From a virus: a stretch of 64,000 nt of DNA. A program made the position numbers and the translations under genes. The stretch lies in the IMG/VR virus record IMGVR_UViG_3300027763_000026; one strand, written 5' to 3'. Below the pieces are notes generated by a model. That model ran no database searches, was not told the origin of the DNA, and saw only the letters and a program-made list of their open reading frames with translations. Positions 39,801 through 48,723 of this stretch are shown here, piece after piece. Each line of letters starts with the position of its first letter. Positions within the stretch are counted from its first letter, which is position 1.

Positions 39801-41564
39801 ATATGGACTTTGAACGCTAAAATTATTTGTGCTTACAACTGTTTGAGTTCCAGTAACAAAAAGATTATTAATGTAAACATTATCTCTAAAAGTTTTAACT
39901 CCGCCAATGCTTTGATCTCCATAAAGTAGAACTGAACTCCCGCTTAGAGAATTAATCTTCGTATCAAGATTTAAACCAGTAGAAGCAAGATTCGTGGCCA
40001 AAGTACTGCCAGTGCTTGCAAGATTTGAGATAGTAGCATAAGTAGATGTTAGATTTCCACTCAATGATCCAATCTTATTGTCTAATGAGCTACCTGTTGA
40101 GCTTAAATTATTTGTTAATGTATTTATGTTATTTTGTAATGTAGATCCAGTGCTTGCAAGATTGCTTATGGTAGCATAAGTGCTAGTAAGAGTTCCGCTT
40201 AATGAATTAATGCTAGAATTTAAAGTTGAACCAGTTGAAGCTAGGTTAGTTATCGTAGCATAAGTAGATGTTAAAGTACCGCTAAGAGAACTGATTTTTT
40301 GTTCTAATGTATTTCCAGTACTAGCTAAATTTGTTATTGTAGCATAAGTTGAACTCGCTGTAGAAGAAGTTAGATAAGAACTAAGATCTACTCCAGTTAT
40401 AAAACCACTAGGATTAGATTTGAGATAGTAATTTCCTGTTAATGTACCGCTTAAACTATTAATGTTTTGAGAGAGTGTAGATCCTGTATTTTGTAATTGA
40501 TTATCAGTTGCATATGTTGCATCAAGATTTCCAGTAAATCCAGTGAAAACAGAATTAAGAGAATTTATACTAGAAGTTAAAGTAGCGCCAGTAGATGCAA
40601 GATTAGTAATAGTTGCGTAGTTAGAAGTTAAGGTTCCGCTAAGTGAATTTATATTATTATTTAATGTAGCGCCAGTTGAAGCTAAGTTTGTAATCGTAGC
40701 GTAATTAGATGTTAATGTACCACTTAATGAATTGATTGTACCAACTAAACTAGAACCCGTATTTGAAAGATTTGTTATTGTAGCGTAATTACTTGTAAGA
40801 GTTCCGCTTAAAGAATTAATATTAGAGTTTAAAGTATTTCCTGTAGAATTTAAATTTGTTATTGTAGCATAAGTATTAGATGCAACATTTGTTGTGAGAT
40901 AATTTCCAGTTAAAGTTCCACTAAGTGAAGTTATTTTATTTTCTAAATTTGAACCAGTAGAATTTAAATTAGATGAAAGTGTATTTATGTTACTTTGAAG
41001 AGAAGATCCAGTTGAAATTAAATTATTTGATAAATTTCTGTCTTGAGAATTTACATAGCCACTTAGGTTATCTATTTTCGTATCAAGCGTAGAGCCAGTA
41101 GCTGTTAAACTACTTATAGTAGAATATGTTGAAGTTAATGTGCCACTTAATGAATTTATGCTGCTAACAAGAGTTGATCCAGTCGTAGCAAGTTGACTAT
41201 CAGTTGCGTAAGTTGCGTCTAAAGTTCCAGTGTATCCAGTAAACAATCCACTTAAAGAGTTTATTGAAGTATTTAAATTGGCGCCAGTTAAATTTAAATT
41301 AGTTGTTAATGAGTTTATTGCTGATTGGAAATACCCACTATTACCAGAAACAAATATAGTATTTATTCCGCTATTAAAAACTCTGACTCCATCCGTTCCG
41401 CTTATATAAATGTATTCGTTGGAAATCCCATTGATTGCTGTGGGCAAACCCCTTGGTCCTTGAGGCCCAGGAATTGAAATATTTGTAGCTAAAGCTTGTG
41501 TTGGTGATGCTATATCAACATTTATTGCACTTGGCAAATTAACATCTACATTAATATCTGCCAT
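36822..41564 (-). CDS. 1580-aa long coiled-coil fibre protein
   Basis: About 32 copies of NLASTG(S)TL-type repeats with a 28-aa period, five G(N/D)QT(I)SGxKTF knuckles, short GPQGPRG near the N-terminus, C-terminal LALAYAIAL. Confidence 0.8.
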   Translation of the reverse strand: MADINVDVNLPSAINVDIASPTQALATNISIPGPQGPRGLPTAINGISNEYIYISGTDGVRVFNSGINTIFVSGNSGYFQSAINSLTTNLNLTGANLNTSINSLSGLFTGYTGTLDATYATDSQLATTGSTLVSSINSLSGTLTSTYSTISSLTATGSTLDTKIDNLSGYVNSQDRNLSNNLISTGSSLQSNINTLSSNLNSTGSNLENKITSLSGTLTGNYLTTNVASNTYATITNLNSTGNTLNSNINSLSGTLTSNYATITNLSNTGSSLVGTINSLSGTLTSNYATITNLASTGATLNNNINSLSGTLTSNYATITNLASTGATLTSSINSLNSVFTGFTGNLDATYATDNQLQNTGSTLSQNINSLSGTLTGNYYLKSNPSGFITGVDLSSYLTSSTASSTYATITNLASTGNTLEQKISSLSGTLTSTYATITNLASTGSTLNSSINSLSGTLTSTYATISNLASTGSTLQNNINTLTNNLSSTGSSLDNKIGSLSGNLTSTYATISNLASTGSTLATNLASTGLNLDTKINSLSGSSVLLYGDQSIGGVKTFRDNVYINNLFVTGTQTVVSTNNFSVQSPYLLLNLTGGAVDGGIFFVTGSGLTGINDSGPIIGFDHSNKFKFGVSTRNSDLSTLPDIASVQDITTYSGFVDGKYSTIINLASTGSTLSTNLASTGSTLQTNINNLSNTYATITNLGLTGSTLVTNLASTGLTLDTKINNLSGYINSTSSNIVFTTGNQTISGVKSFAQDTTFGDSAQGDFLVISGNNFTVYGSGNFTSGLFVNGNAVLTGVDLTPYATVTNLASTGSTLNNNIVSLSGLFTGFTGNLDTTFASDIQLANTGSTLVASISSLSGTLTSTYATITNLATTGSTLDVKINNLSGYINSSSSNIVYTTGNQTISGIKSFATGIDIINSGNPQSLRVFNRTGTNSGEFGVFGWQNNNLIIGSQATNSGILRNTILTGVTDIFGPPSQNINISAFTSGTAVPGFGSALANNINLTAGTGMAPFTSASIYGTISAIGNIDINNISSPRVAKSINIYRTGISSIGLPGIYSAITIDNDNISINNPPVSSPSNNFGFRISGVAVTPALYATSANLASTGSTLQTNIDNLSNTYATISNVALTGTTLVTNLASTGSTLNSSISSLSGTLTSTYATISNLASTGSTLATNLAATGATLQTNINNLSGYINSSSSNIVFTTGNQIISGLKTFNNGLSTSYISGIFGSTLNIIAGSGVGASSINASDLILMGGSLSGVAPNILKTGASITIGGAKTSATADITIKPSIDQNGAAGNIVLEAGVSTSYNGKINMFGDININGTSDGGTALSSKNINIYRRGDFFGSPSQRLAVSIDNNNVNFQNGMGLQVSGVQVTPALYATSANLVSTGSTLNSNINSLSGTLTGNYLTTSSASSTYATITNLASTGSTLQTNINNLSNSYATITNLASTGSTLVNSIGSLSGTLTSNYSTITNLASTGSTLDTKINNLSGVSVLRFGDQTISGNKTFINNISVSGTGTFFDTSIFVDEMTVSGMNLTVANGTGIFSFLNISGNYDIYSQIENSKKLALAYAIAL

Positions 41565-41568
41565 AAAA

Positions 41569-41913
41569 TTATCTCGTTACTTCTGGTAAAATTGTAAATT
41601 TTCCTTGCATTAGTTTTATGCTATTTCCATTTAATATTCCAGATGGATATCTTTCAATATCATAAACGTGATCAGATATTGGAATATCTGCAGAGATATA
41701 TGAGTTGATATTAATAGCCATCGTTCCAGCTGACACGCTTATTATGGTTGGATTTAAATCCAATAAAACTCCTGTAGAGCCATAACTAGACCTAACCTGC
41801 CCACGGACACCATAGCCGTCTAAACTAAGTGCTGTTCCATTACTATCTTTTAAATTTAATGTTAATTGTATATGGTCGCCTTGATAACCAGTGATATTAT
41901 AAAATGTTGCCAT
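41569..41913 (-). CDS. 114-aa BppU-N-like fibre adaptor (start revised to ATG 41913)
   Basis: YQGDHIQLTLNLKDSNGTALSLDGYGVRGQVR resembles the BppU-type Ig adaptor; the GTGTAA motif lies 8 nt upstream of this ATG, inside the longer track ORF. Confidence 0.6.
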   Translation of the reverse strand: MATFYNITGYQGDHIQLTLNLKDSNGTALSLDGYGVRGQVRSSYGSTGVLLDLNPTIISVSAGTMAININSYISADIPISDHVYDIERYPSGILNGNSIKLMQGKFTILPEVTR

Positions 41914-41921
41914 GTAAAATA

Positions 41922-41927
41922 TTACAC
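41922..41927 (-). promoter_or_regulatory. GTGTAA motif (candidate late promoter)
   Basis: 8 nt upstream of ATG 41913. Confidence 0.65.
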
Positions 41928-41953
41928 AGAACAATTATTTTATCGAAATAGAA

Positions 41954-42292
41954 TTAACGACCTTCGGAAAGAGTATCTTTTGCAGCTTTAGAAAGAGGCT
42001 TGTTTGTTTGAATATTTTTTTTAACTGTATACTGAGAAGAGTATTTTAAAAATTCTCTTTTTAATCTCAAGCACAAAGAAGTTCTGTCGTCAATTGGCAT
42101 AAGACCAATTTTAACTGCATGGGCTTGAAGATCAGTTTTATTTAAATTAGTAAGATACTCAGAATATTTTTCTGGGTCTAAAGTACCATACTTACTTTTA
42201 CCACTATCACCCCAGATTTGATCAAGAGTAACTGGATTTTCTATTTTTCCGTGCGTTTGATGTAGTTTGTCTAATTTTAATTTTTTTGCCAT
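41954..42292 (-). CDS. 112-aa hypothetical protein downstream of capsid gene
   Basis: SD AAGGA; LNKTDLQAHAVKIGL...LCLRLKREF resembles a small helix-extension-helix motif. Confidence 0.65.
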   Translation of the reverse strand: MAKKLKLDKLHQTHGKIENPVTLDQIWGDSGKSKYGTLDPEKYSEYLTNLNKTDLQAHAVKIGLMPIDDRTSLCLRLKREFLKYSSQYTVKKNIQTNKPLSKAAKDTLSEGR

Positions 42293-42339
42293 AATATTGT
42301 CCTTAATAGATTATATCAGATAAAACATCATATCTCTAA

Positions 42340-42380
42340 TAAAAAAGAAAAACCCAAGGGGATAAACCCTTGGGCTTTTC
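42340..42380 (-). terminator. Rho-independent terminator after major capsid gene
   Basis: Minus strand GCCCAAGGG-TTTATC-CCCTTGGGT followed by TTTTCTTTTTT. Confidence 0.9.
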
Positions 42381-42400
42381 AATTTTCTAATATTTAAATA

Positions 42401-43492
42401 TTAGTCGTTTGCTACGATTAGTCCTGCAACTGCACGACCATCGAGACATACGCGGCCTTCTTCGAGGGATCCATAGAATCCGACTTTGTCAGCGCGAGTT
42501 GTGAATTGATCGTCTGGAAGAGCAGTGAATGTTCCACCAGTTTCGCTATTGCGAGCAACTGGACGAACAAATGCATCTTTAGATAGATCAAGACCAACTA
42601 GAATCTCGTCACCATCTGTACCAGAAGCTTCATTAAAGTTTGGTGTACCGCCTTCAGTACCATTATAGAAGCTATTGAATAGGGTGTTATATTTTCTTGC
42701 AACACCAAACTCAACGAGCTCATGAATGGATATACCATAGATCTCTTGAGTTCCAGCATTACGATAAATATCTTCACGAACACCAGCTGGAAGATCTGTA
42801 CTTTGTGATGCTCCTACTGGGTTATAAGCGAATGCACGGATGTCAGCTTTGATCTCAGGACTTACAAACAAGTCAGTTAGACCATAGGAACTATCAGTTG
42901 TACCCGCAGCATAAGAGGTATTGATTCTCTTCACTAGGGTCATTAGACTGTTTAATCCGCCAAGCGTTAGTGCGCCGCCAGTGACTCTCTCTATTTGAGT
43001 AGAACCATTGCTTCGTGCTTCAGCGAGTGCTTTTAGAACTACTGCCCAAGCATTACGTTCTTGTTTTACAAGAATTTCATTGGTCATACGCTCTACGGCT
43101 TTGCTAACAACATCGAGACGAGCACGACGAACATATCTTTTTAGCATTGAAACTGCGCTATCCAAACGATAGGTTGACACCTTCAATTCGCTAAAGCCTT
43201 CTACGTTAGAAGTGGGAAGACCACCTGCAACATTTTGGCTCCATACGGTTGTGTAGCCTTCGCCTTCTCCAACCCAAAGGTCTAGAGGAATAGAAGGATT
43301 ATCATCTTCGTCAAAAGCAAGATCGGTATAAACTGCACTAGCAGTTCCAGCTTGCATTAGCACTTTGCTAACGACTGGTCCGATAAATGCTGCGAACGCT
43401 TGAGTTGCTTCTCTGGCTACATTGGTATCTTTACTACCCATAGCTTTGATTAGTTCAACTTGTTCTGGAGTATTTTTTAATTTTAATTTCAT
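42401..43492 (-). CDS. Major capsid protein (363 aa, HK97 fold inferred)
   Basis: Follows protease/scaffold and decoration genes; strong SD, high-expression codon usage, own terminator; size typical. Confidence 0.88.
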   Translation of the reverse strand: MKLKLKNTPEQVELIKAMGSKDTNVAREATQAFAAFIGPVVSKVLMQAGTASAVYTDLAFDEDDNPSIPLDLWVGEGEGYTTVWSQNVAGGLPTSNVEGFSELKVSTYRLDSAVSMLKRYVRRARLDVVSKAVERMTNEILVKQERNAWAVVLKALAEARSNGSTQIERVTGGALTLGGLNSLMTLVKRINTSYAAGTTDSSYGLTDLFVSPEIKADIRAFAYNPVGASQSTDLPAGVREDIYRNAGTQEIYGISIHELVEFGVARKYNTLFNSFYNGTEGGTPNFNEASGTDGDEILVGLDLSKDAFVRPVARNSETGGTFTALPDDQFTTRADKVGFYGSLEEGRVCLDGRAVAGLIVAND

Positions 43493-43512
43493 TTTAATTT
43501 TCCTTTATAAAA

Positions 43513-44058
43513 TTAGAGTTCAATCTTGAGAAGAGCAACGCCATTAGCGTCACGATCACCAAGAAGTTTTCCTACTCTTGTACCGCCAGTGTTTGTGGTT
43601 GACAAATCACCTGCGACAGTAGCATGTAGATAAACATTATCACCAGCTGAACCAGCAGCTAGTCCACTAAATAGAACTACGCCACGAGTTAAAACTGGAA
43701 CTGCTTGACCACTTATTACAACGCCCATTTCAGCGGCTTTGCGTGGATTGAAAACTAGTTTTTCACCATTTTCATCTAATTCACGAACGTCCATAAGTGT
43801 CAATCCGATAACTTTATCACCAGAAACAGCAGCAGCTACTTTTGGTACTACGCCATAACGTTGTGATACAGTATTTGAGTAAGAAGCACCAGGTCCGCCT
43901 AGCATTTCTACTGGATTAGCTGAATCGGCTTTGAAGCCAGCGCCTGCGATTTTAACTGCGGCACCTTTTTGAACAAGAGTACTATCTCCGCTATATGCGA
44001 AGAAGTTAATAACATCATGTTCGTTATATTGTGTCAATGGTCTTAAATTATGAGCCAT
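43513..44058 (-). CDS. Capsid decoration / cement protein (181 aa)
   Basis: Between scaffold and capsid genes; Gly/Ala/Val-rich beta protein (GQAVPVLTRGVV...GDNVYL...GKLLG); SD AGGAG. Confidence 0.7.
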   Translation of the reverse strand: MAHNLRPLTQYNEHDVINFFAYSGDSTLVQKGAAVKIAGAGFKADSANPVEMLGGPGASYSNTVSQRYGVVPKVAAAVSGDKVIGLTLMDVRELDENGEKLVFNPRKAAEMGVVISGQAVPVLTRGVVLFSGLAAGSAGDNVYLHATVAGDLSTTNTGGTRVGKLLGDRDANGVALLKIEL

Positions 44059-44074
44059 ATTGTTTTCTCCTTAT

Positions 44075-45628
44075 TTATTTTTTGATGTCAAATCCTTCCA
44101 AACTAAAGGCTTTAGCATACTTTTCTTGTACACTTTGCTCTGTAGCAGGGCTGGAATTTGGTATTTCAACGGAAGCTTTGGTTCCATTGTCAACAGCTTG
44201 TTCTACAACTTCTTGGGTTGTAGGAACTTGTGTTACTTCTTCGGAAGCTTTTACTTCTTCGGAAATTGTTGAAGCTTTCATGGCTTCTTTTTCTTTAGAA
44301 TCTTCTTTGTCCATTTTTGCTTTTTTGGCAGCTTTATTCTTTTCTTTCATTAGGACGGATATTTTATTTTTATAAGCAGAGAAAGATTCATCATTCATGT
44401 CTTTGATATCTGCTGCTAAAACTTTACGCTCTTCATCGTCAAGTTCATATTCTTCATCAAGAGCGGCCATACGCATACTAAATGCTTCTTCTTTAGCTTT
44501 AGCTTCTTGCTCTGCTTGAATTGCTGCGAGCTTTTCATTTAGTTCTTGAACTTGCTTTTTAACAACTTCATGTTCTGCTGTTACGGTAGCAATTTTTTCA
44601 CCAGCAGCTTTAAGTTCATTTTCTTTTTCTGCTTTTTCTGCTAAGAATGTATCGTTAGCTTTCTTGATTTCCTCTGAAATAAATTCGACCACAGAACTAG
44701 CTGTAGCTTCTTTAAGCAGGGAATCAGTAATATCTTCAATTTTAGTTATTTTCATATATATCCTCTCTTTTTTTACATTCAATTTTTCCTCTTGGGAAGT
44801 ATTATTTTCTGAAGCTACCATAGGCTGTTGGCCTATTTCAGCAACATTTTCTTGAGCTTTTACACCTATTTGAATTGTTTCTTCTGAAGGAGTGGCTATT
44901 CCCTGAACATCGGCCGCAGGATTTAATGTAAATCCAACACCTAGAGGAACAACGTTGCCCGAAACTTGTCTATAAATTGATTTGTTATTATCTAGTTTTC
45001 CAGATCCACCAAAACCGCGAAGATTATTTTTATATTTTTCAATCTCAACCGAGTCTGATATAATTTCGCCATTCTCTATATTTTTTTCTGCACTATCTAG
45101 AACAATAAGGTTATAATCATTAAATCCTAATTCCCAAGAAGCAGATATACTCATGTAGCTATTACTAGTTGGATCATTAGATTCTTCAATTTGATCTGCA
45201 AGGTCTTGATTTACTATCTTCCAAATAACGCCACCTAAAGTAATATTAAATGGCTCTTTCATAGTCTTGACTTCTTCTGCTGCAAGGCTTTCGTTACTAC
45301 CAAATTTGCTGAAGCTAGCAGACAATATACAACCTATTACTTGGTTTCTATTATGTTCGATGTTAATTGGTTTGTTAGCAAAATTTTTAGCTATTCTTGC
45401 TGCGGTTTGGCTATCAATAACATCGCCATTTTTATTGACTCTATTAACAACGCAAGCATCAAAAGCTACAGGAAGAAGATCTACGTTCTCTTCTGTATTA
45501 ATATTAGGCAAGAATTTTTTTAATTTTTCTAATGAAGCTACAGAAAGATATTTATCTTTTTCTTCACTCACAACTGGTCTAATTTTAATGTTAGAAAATG
45601 TAGTTAAAAATTTTGTTTGTTTTTTCAT
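44075..45628 (-). CDS. Prohead protease fused to scaffold (517 aa)
   Basis: N-terminal NKNGDVI...NKPINIEH...SWEL protease-like core plus long Glu/Lys/Ala coiled-coil C-terminus; directly upstream of capsid genes. Confidence 0.72.
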   Translation of the reverse strand: MKKQTKFLTTFSNIKIRPVVSEEKDKYLSVASLEKLKKFLPNINTEENVDLLPVAFDACVVNRVNKNGDVIDSQTAARIAKNFANKPINIEHNRNQVIGCILSASFSKFGSNESLAAEEVKTMKEPFNITLGGVIWKIVNQDLADQIEESNDPTSNSYMSISASWELGFNDYNLIVLDSAEKNIENGEIISDSVEIEKYKNNLRGFGGSGKLDNNKSIYRQVSGNVVPLGVGFTLNPAADVQGIATPSEETIQIGVKAQENVAEIGQQPMVASENNTSQEEKLNVKKERIYMKITKIEDITDSLLKEATASSVVEFISEEIKKANDTFLAEKAEKENELKAAGEKIATVTAEHEVVKKQVQELNEKLAAIQAEQEAKAKEEAFSMRMAALDEEYELDDEERKVLAADIKDMNDESFSAYKNKISVLMKEKNKAAKKAKMDKEDSKEKEAMKASTISEEVKASEEVTQVPTTQEVVEQAVDNGTKASVEIPNSSPATEQSVQEKYAKAFSLEGFDIKK

Positions 45629-45631
45629 AAT

Positions 45632-46117
45632 TTATATTATATTTGTGTCTAAGCCGTAGATTACACTATCTTCTTCATCATCTAAATATAATTCGTCAAT
45701 TGAAGTAAATTCAAAATCGTTTAAATTAAAATTATTAATATCTTCGTTTGCTTTATTTACATCTTCCATAGAGGGATTAAAGCTAGCTTCAATAATATAT
45801 TTATTATTAATCGCTTTTGAAAGATTAATGTTAGATCCAACATAAGCAGAGATTCCGCTAACCATTCTTAGAAACATATTAACTCTGGCTAAAGCTAATT
45901 GATTGAAATTTTTATCTGATGGAGTATTTCGGTATACTTTTTTAACTTGATTTATATTTACTTTTTTATTATTTTGTGAATTATGAGATTTTACTTTATC
46001 TTGAAGAGTAGCTAATATTTTTTTAGAGAACTCAACTGTTTTATCATTTTTAATTACGTCTTTTGGTCCTGAGACAATATTAGACTCAAAACCAAGCTTA
46101 TCTTGATTGATGCTCAT
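45632..46117 (-). CDS. 161-aa hypothetical head-module protein
   Basis: Co-oriented; KKVYR...ALARVNMFL segment; acidic tail; upstream GTGTAT variant. Confidence 0.6.
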   Translation of the reverse strand: MSINQDKLGFESNIVSGPKDVIKNDKTVEFSKKILATLQDKVKSHNSQNNKKVNINQVKKVYRNTPSDKNFNQLALARVNMFLRMVSGISAYVGSNINLSKAINNKYIIEASFNPSMEDVNKANEDINNFNLNDFEFTSIDELYLDDEEDSVIYGLDTNII

Positions 46118-46156
46118 CTATATATTATACACTAGAAAAGATATATATGATTAAAA

Positions 46157-46306
46157 TTACTTCTTATAAAGCTCTTTACTAACATCATCAGCAGAACCCA
46201 TAGTTGGTGTTTCTGGGTATTTAGTTGGTAATTCTCGACTATCAATATTTTGTTCTGAACAAGATATTAATAAAAATAGCGGCAATATTAATATCAATTT
46301 TTTCAT
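46157..46306 (-). CDS. 49-aa lipoprotein (not in ORF track)
   Basis: Manual translation MKKLILILPLFLLISCSEQNIDSRELPTKYPETPTMGSADDVSKELYKK*: signal peptide with lipobox LIS-C; GTGTAA 8 nt upstream. Confidence 0.8.
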   Translation of the reverse strand: MKKLILILPLFLLISCSEQNIDSRELPTKYPETPTMGSADDVSKELYKK

Positions 46307-46314
46307 AAAGATTA

Positions 46315-46320
46315 TTACAC
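46315..46320 (-). promoter_or_regulatory. GTGTAA motif formed by the endolysin's last codon and stop
   Basis: GTG TAA, 8 nt upstream of ATG 46306. Confidence 0.6.
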
Positions 46321-46938
46321 TAATGATTGTTCTATTAATTTAGCTTCTGCGTCTCTTCTTCTGCTCATTCCTTTTTCTATACTTCCGCCAATCCAGATTC
46401 TTTTCATACTTCTTATTTGATTAGCGATAAAGGTTAATGCTTTTTGATCATAATTAGATACTAATTTCATACCATCTCTTATTAATTTCATCTCGCGGCG
46501 ACGATCACCTTCTAAAGCTGCTCCTCTATTAAATACAAGACTAACTAATCCACCTTTTGCATCTTCTGGAAGATTATCAAAATTCGGAAAAGTTTGGCGC
46601 GTTAAATTATAGAACTTAGTTACTGTTTTGTTATTAAATACTTTAAGTGCAAGATCCCAAGGAATAGTTATATCTTTTAATCCTCTAATAAGATTCTTTG
46701 CGTTGTATCCTTTGATACCAACAACTTTATATAATCTATCAAAAATTTCTTTAGGAAGATCTTTCCAGTCTTCGCTAAATTCAGTTTTATTTACATAACC
46801 CAAATCATAACCAACACCAATTGTAACTCCGCTTTGACCTTCGGGCCAAGCTGGATTTTTTAAAAATTTATTATAATAGTTTTCTCCACCACCAACTTCA
46901 AATTCTAATATAAGATCTAAGGATTTTTTACTTAACAT
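46315..46938 (-). CDS. Endolysin, pesticin/T4-lysozyme-like muramidase (207 aa)
   Basis: FEVGG...PEGQSGVTIGVGYDLG and ...GMSRRRDAEAKL match pesticin-type phage lysozymes. Confidence 0.85.
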   Translation of the reverse strand: MLSKKSLDLILEFEVGGGENYYNKFLKNPAWPEGQSGVTIGVGYDLGYVNKTEFSEDWKDLPKEIFDRLYKVVGIKGYNAKNLIRGLKDITIPWDLALKVFNNKTVTKFYNLTRQTFPNFDNLPEDAKGGLVSLVFNRGAALEGDRRREMKLIRDGMKLVSNYDQKALTFIANQIRSMKRIWIGGSIEKGMSRRRDAEAKLIEQSLV

Positions 46939-46945
46939 AATTTAA

Positions 46946-48130
46946 TTAAACTGCATTTACAATGAATCTAATTGTATAGTTTACTGATGTAGCTGTTGAA
47001 TTAGTTATTTTTAAAGTATATGTTCCTGCAGCATAAGGATGTGCGCTGCTTAATATATATTGACCTTGTTGATTTTGGCCAAAATTTTGTTGAGATAATA
47101 TATTAGATTCTACCCATGTACTTCCAGATCTAATAGCAATAGATGAATCTATGTTTGAAGGTGAATATCCACCTGAATCCAAAGCAAAATATATTTTATA
47201 ACCATTGGCAATTGTAAATGTCCAATAATGATTAGTGTTAGTTAAAAAATTTAATATATATCCAATTCGATCTAAAGGATTACCAAGATATGAAATAGTT
47301 TGCGGCATTCCAGGAGATTCAGAATTACCAGAATAAACATTAAAACCAATACCTAACGGAGTGGCTATAAGAGAAGGAGCAGGAGCTATGCTAGATTTAA
47401 ATAAATTTATTTTTCCACTATTATATTTTTGTATAATTGCTCCGCCACCAACTGGTACTGAAGTTATATTATCTGTTGTTATTTCTATAATAGAATTATT
47501 TGGTATAATGTAATTATTAGCATTTGGGCTAAAATCGCTATAAATCCATTCTGATCCATCAAAATAAAAAGATAGTTGTTCTCCATTTGGGGTATAAATA
47601 TTAAGTATATCTTGATATGGAGCATTAAATAAACTTGGATTAAATACTATTCCTAAAAGATTAGTTGTTGCTGATTTAAATATATAACGATTATTTGGGT
47701 ATACATCAATTTCAATTTGAAATGGAATTAATATACTTAAGTTTTGTTTTTTAATAGTAGTTCTACCTAGACCAGTATATTTTTGAACTAAATTTGTGCC
47801 TTGCATTGTAAAGGTTTTAGTACTTACAGACTGAAGAACTATGATTGAATTATTTGGTATAATAGTATTATTTTCAGCAGTTACACCTCCAGCTTTTCTC
47901 CAAGTCACTCCATCTCCTCGAAGAAAGTAAGTAAGAAAAGCGTTGACATTTATATCATATATCAAAATACTATCAGCTAATGCAAAATTATTATTTCCAG
48001 TAAGTTCTGCTGAATTTAAAAATATGCTGATTGTATTATTGCTACCTCCAAGAAAAATATGAGCATCCGATCCAGAAACAGAAGCTCTTATATTTGTAAT
48101 ATATTTTTTATTTAAACTTAAACGACCCAT
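46946..48130 (-). CDS. 394-aa modular beta-rich protein inside the lysis cassette
   Basis: Internal duplication (IIPNNSII twice) and repeated basic linkers; function unknown. Confidence 0.6.
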   Translation of the reverse strand: MGRLSLNKKYITNIRASVSGSDAHIFLGGSNNTISIFLNSAELTGNNNFALADSILIYDINVNAFLTYFLRGDGVTWRKAGGVTAENNTIIPNNSIIVLQSVSTKTFTMQGTNLVQKYTGLGRTTIKKQNLSILIPFQIEIDVYPNNRYIFKSATTNLLGIVFNPSLFNAPYQDILNIYTPNGEQLSFYFDGSEWIYSDFSPNANNYIIPNNSIIEITTDNITSVPVGGGAIIQKYNSGKINLFKSSIAPAPSLIATPLGIGFNVYSGNSESPGMPQTISYLGNPLDRIGYILNFLTNTNHYWTFTIANGYKIYFALDSGGYSPSNIDSSIAIRSGSTWVESNILSQQNFGQNQQGQYILSSAHPYAAGTYTLKITNSTATSVNYTIRFIVNAV

Positions 48131-48135
48131 TTTAT

Positions 48136-48552
48136 TTAATTATTAATTTTATCTATGGTCTTGTCTATGATGTTATCTGCTGGGACTTTTTCTTTTAACC
48201 AACTATTAAGTACTCCAAAATAAACAAGATGTTCACTACTAATAAGGAACAATTCATTGCCAAAATTATCTTTGTAAGGAGTGATTCCAGCGTCTTCAGT
48301 TAGATCAATTGCTTTTTCTTTTTTGAATTTGATTCTATACATTTTAATTAGATTATTATATCGTTCGCGCGCTTGACGAGTAATAAGAGCATCATCACCA
48401 ACAAAAGAAATTAATCCACCATTATCTTTATCATATTGCTTTGGAGTAGTTGCATCATAAGATGATTTGTCATCTTGTATTTTATTTGGTGTCACGGTAA
48501 CACATCCAACAAGAAAAAAATTAAGAACTAATATGCTTGCGAGCTTGTTCAA
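48136..48552 (-). CDS. 138-aa lipoprotein, o-spanin candidate
   Basis: TTG start with AAGGA 8 nt upstream; lipobox LVG-C; start lies inside the upstream gene. Confidence 0.65.
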   Translation of the reverse strand: MNKLASILVLNFFLVGCVTVTPNKIQDDKSSYDATTPKQYDKDNGGLISFVGDDALITRQARERYNNLIKMYRIKFKKEKAIDLTEDAGITPYKDNFGNELFLISSEHLVYFGVLNSWLKEKVPADNIIDKTIDKINN

Positions 48553-48721
48553 GGTCTTTGTCCTTTACTGCATGTTCAATTCCACTTTGATGGTCAACTT
48601 CTTTTTGAGCTTCTTGACGATCTTTCATTTCTTTTGTGTTCTTTGCTCCGAACACGTTATTGATTGCTGCGAATATTCCAGATACTGCCGAAAGTAAAGC
48701 TTGGAGTATTCCAGTTGGCAT
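48521..48721 (-). CDS. 66-aa membrane-anchored protein, i-spanin candidate (start revised to ATG 48721)
   Basis: MPTGILQALLSAVSGIFAAINNVFG hydrophobic N-terminus then charged helix; 32-nt overlap with the lipoprotein gene. Confidence 0.5.
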   Translation of the reverse strand: MPTGILQALLSAVSGIFAAINNVFGAKNTKEMKDRQEAQKEVDHQSGIEHAVKDKDLEQARKHISS

Positions 48722-48723
48722 AA

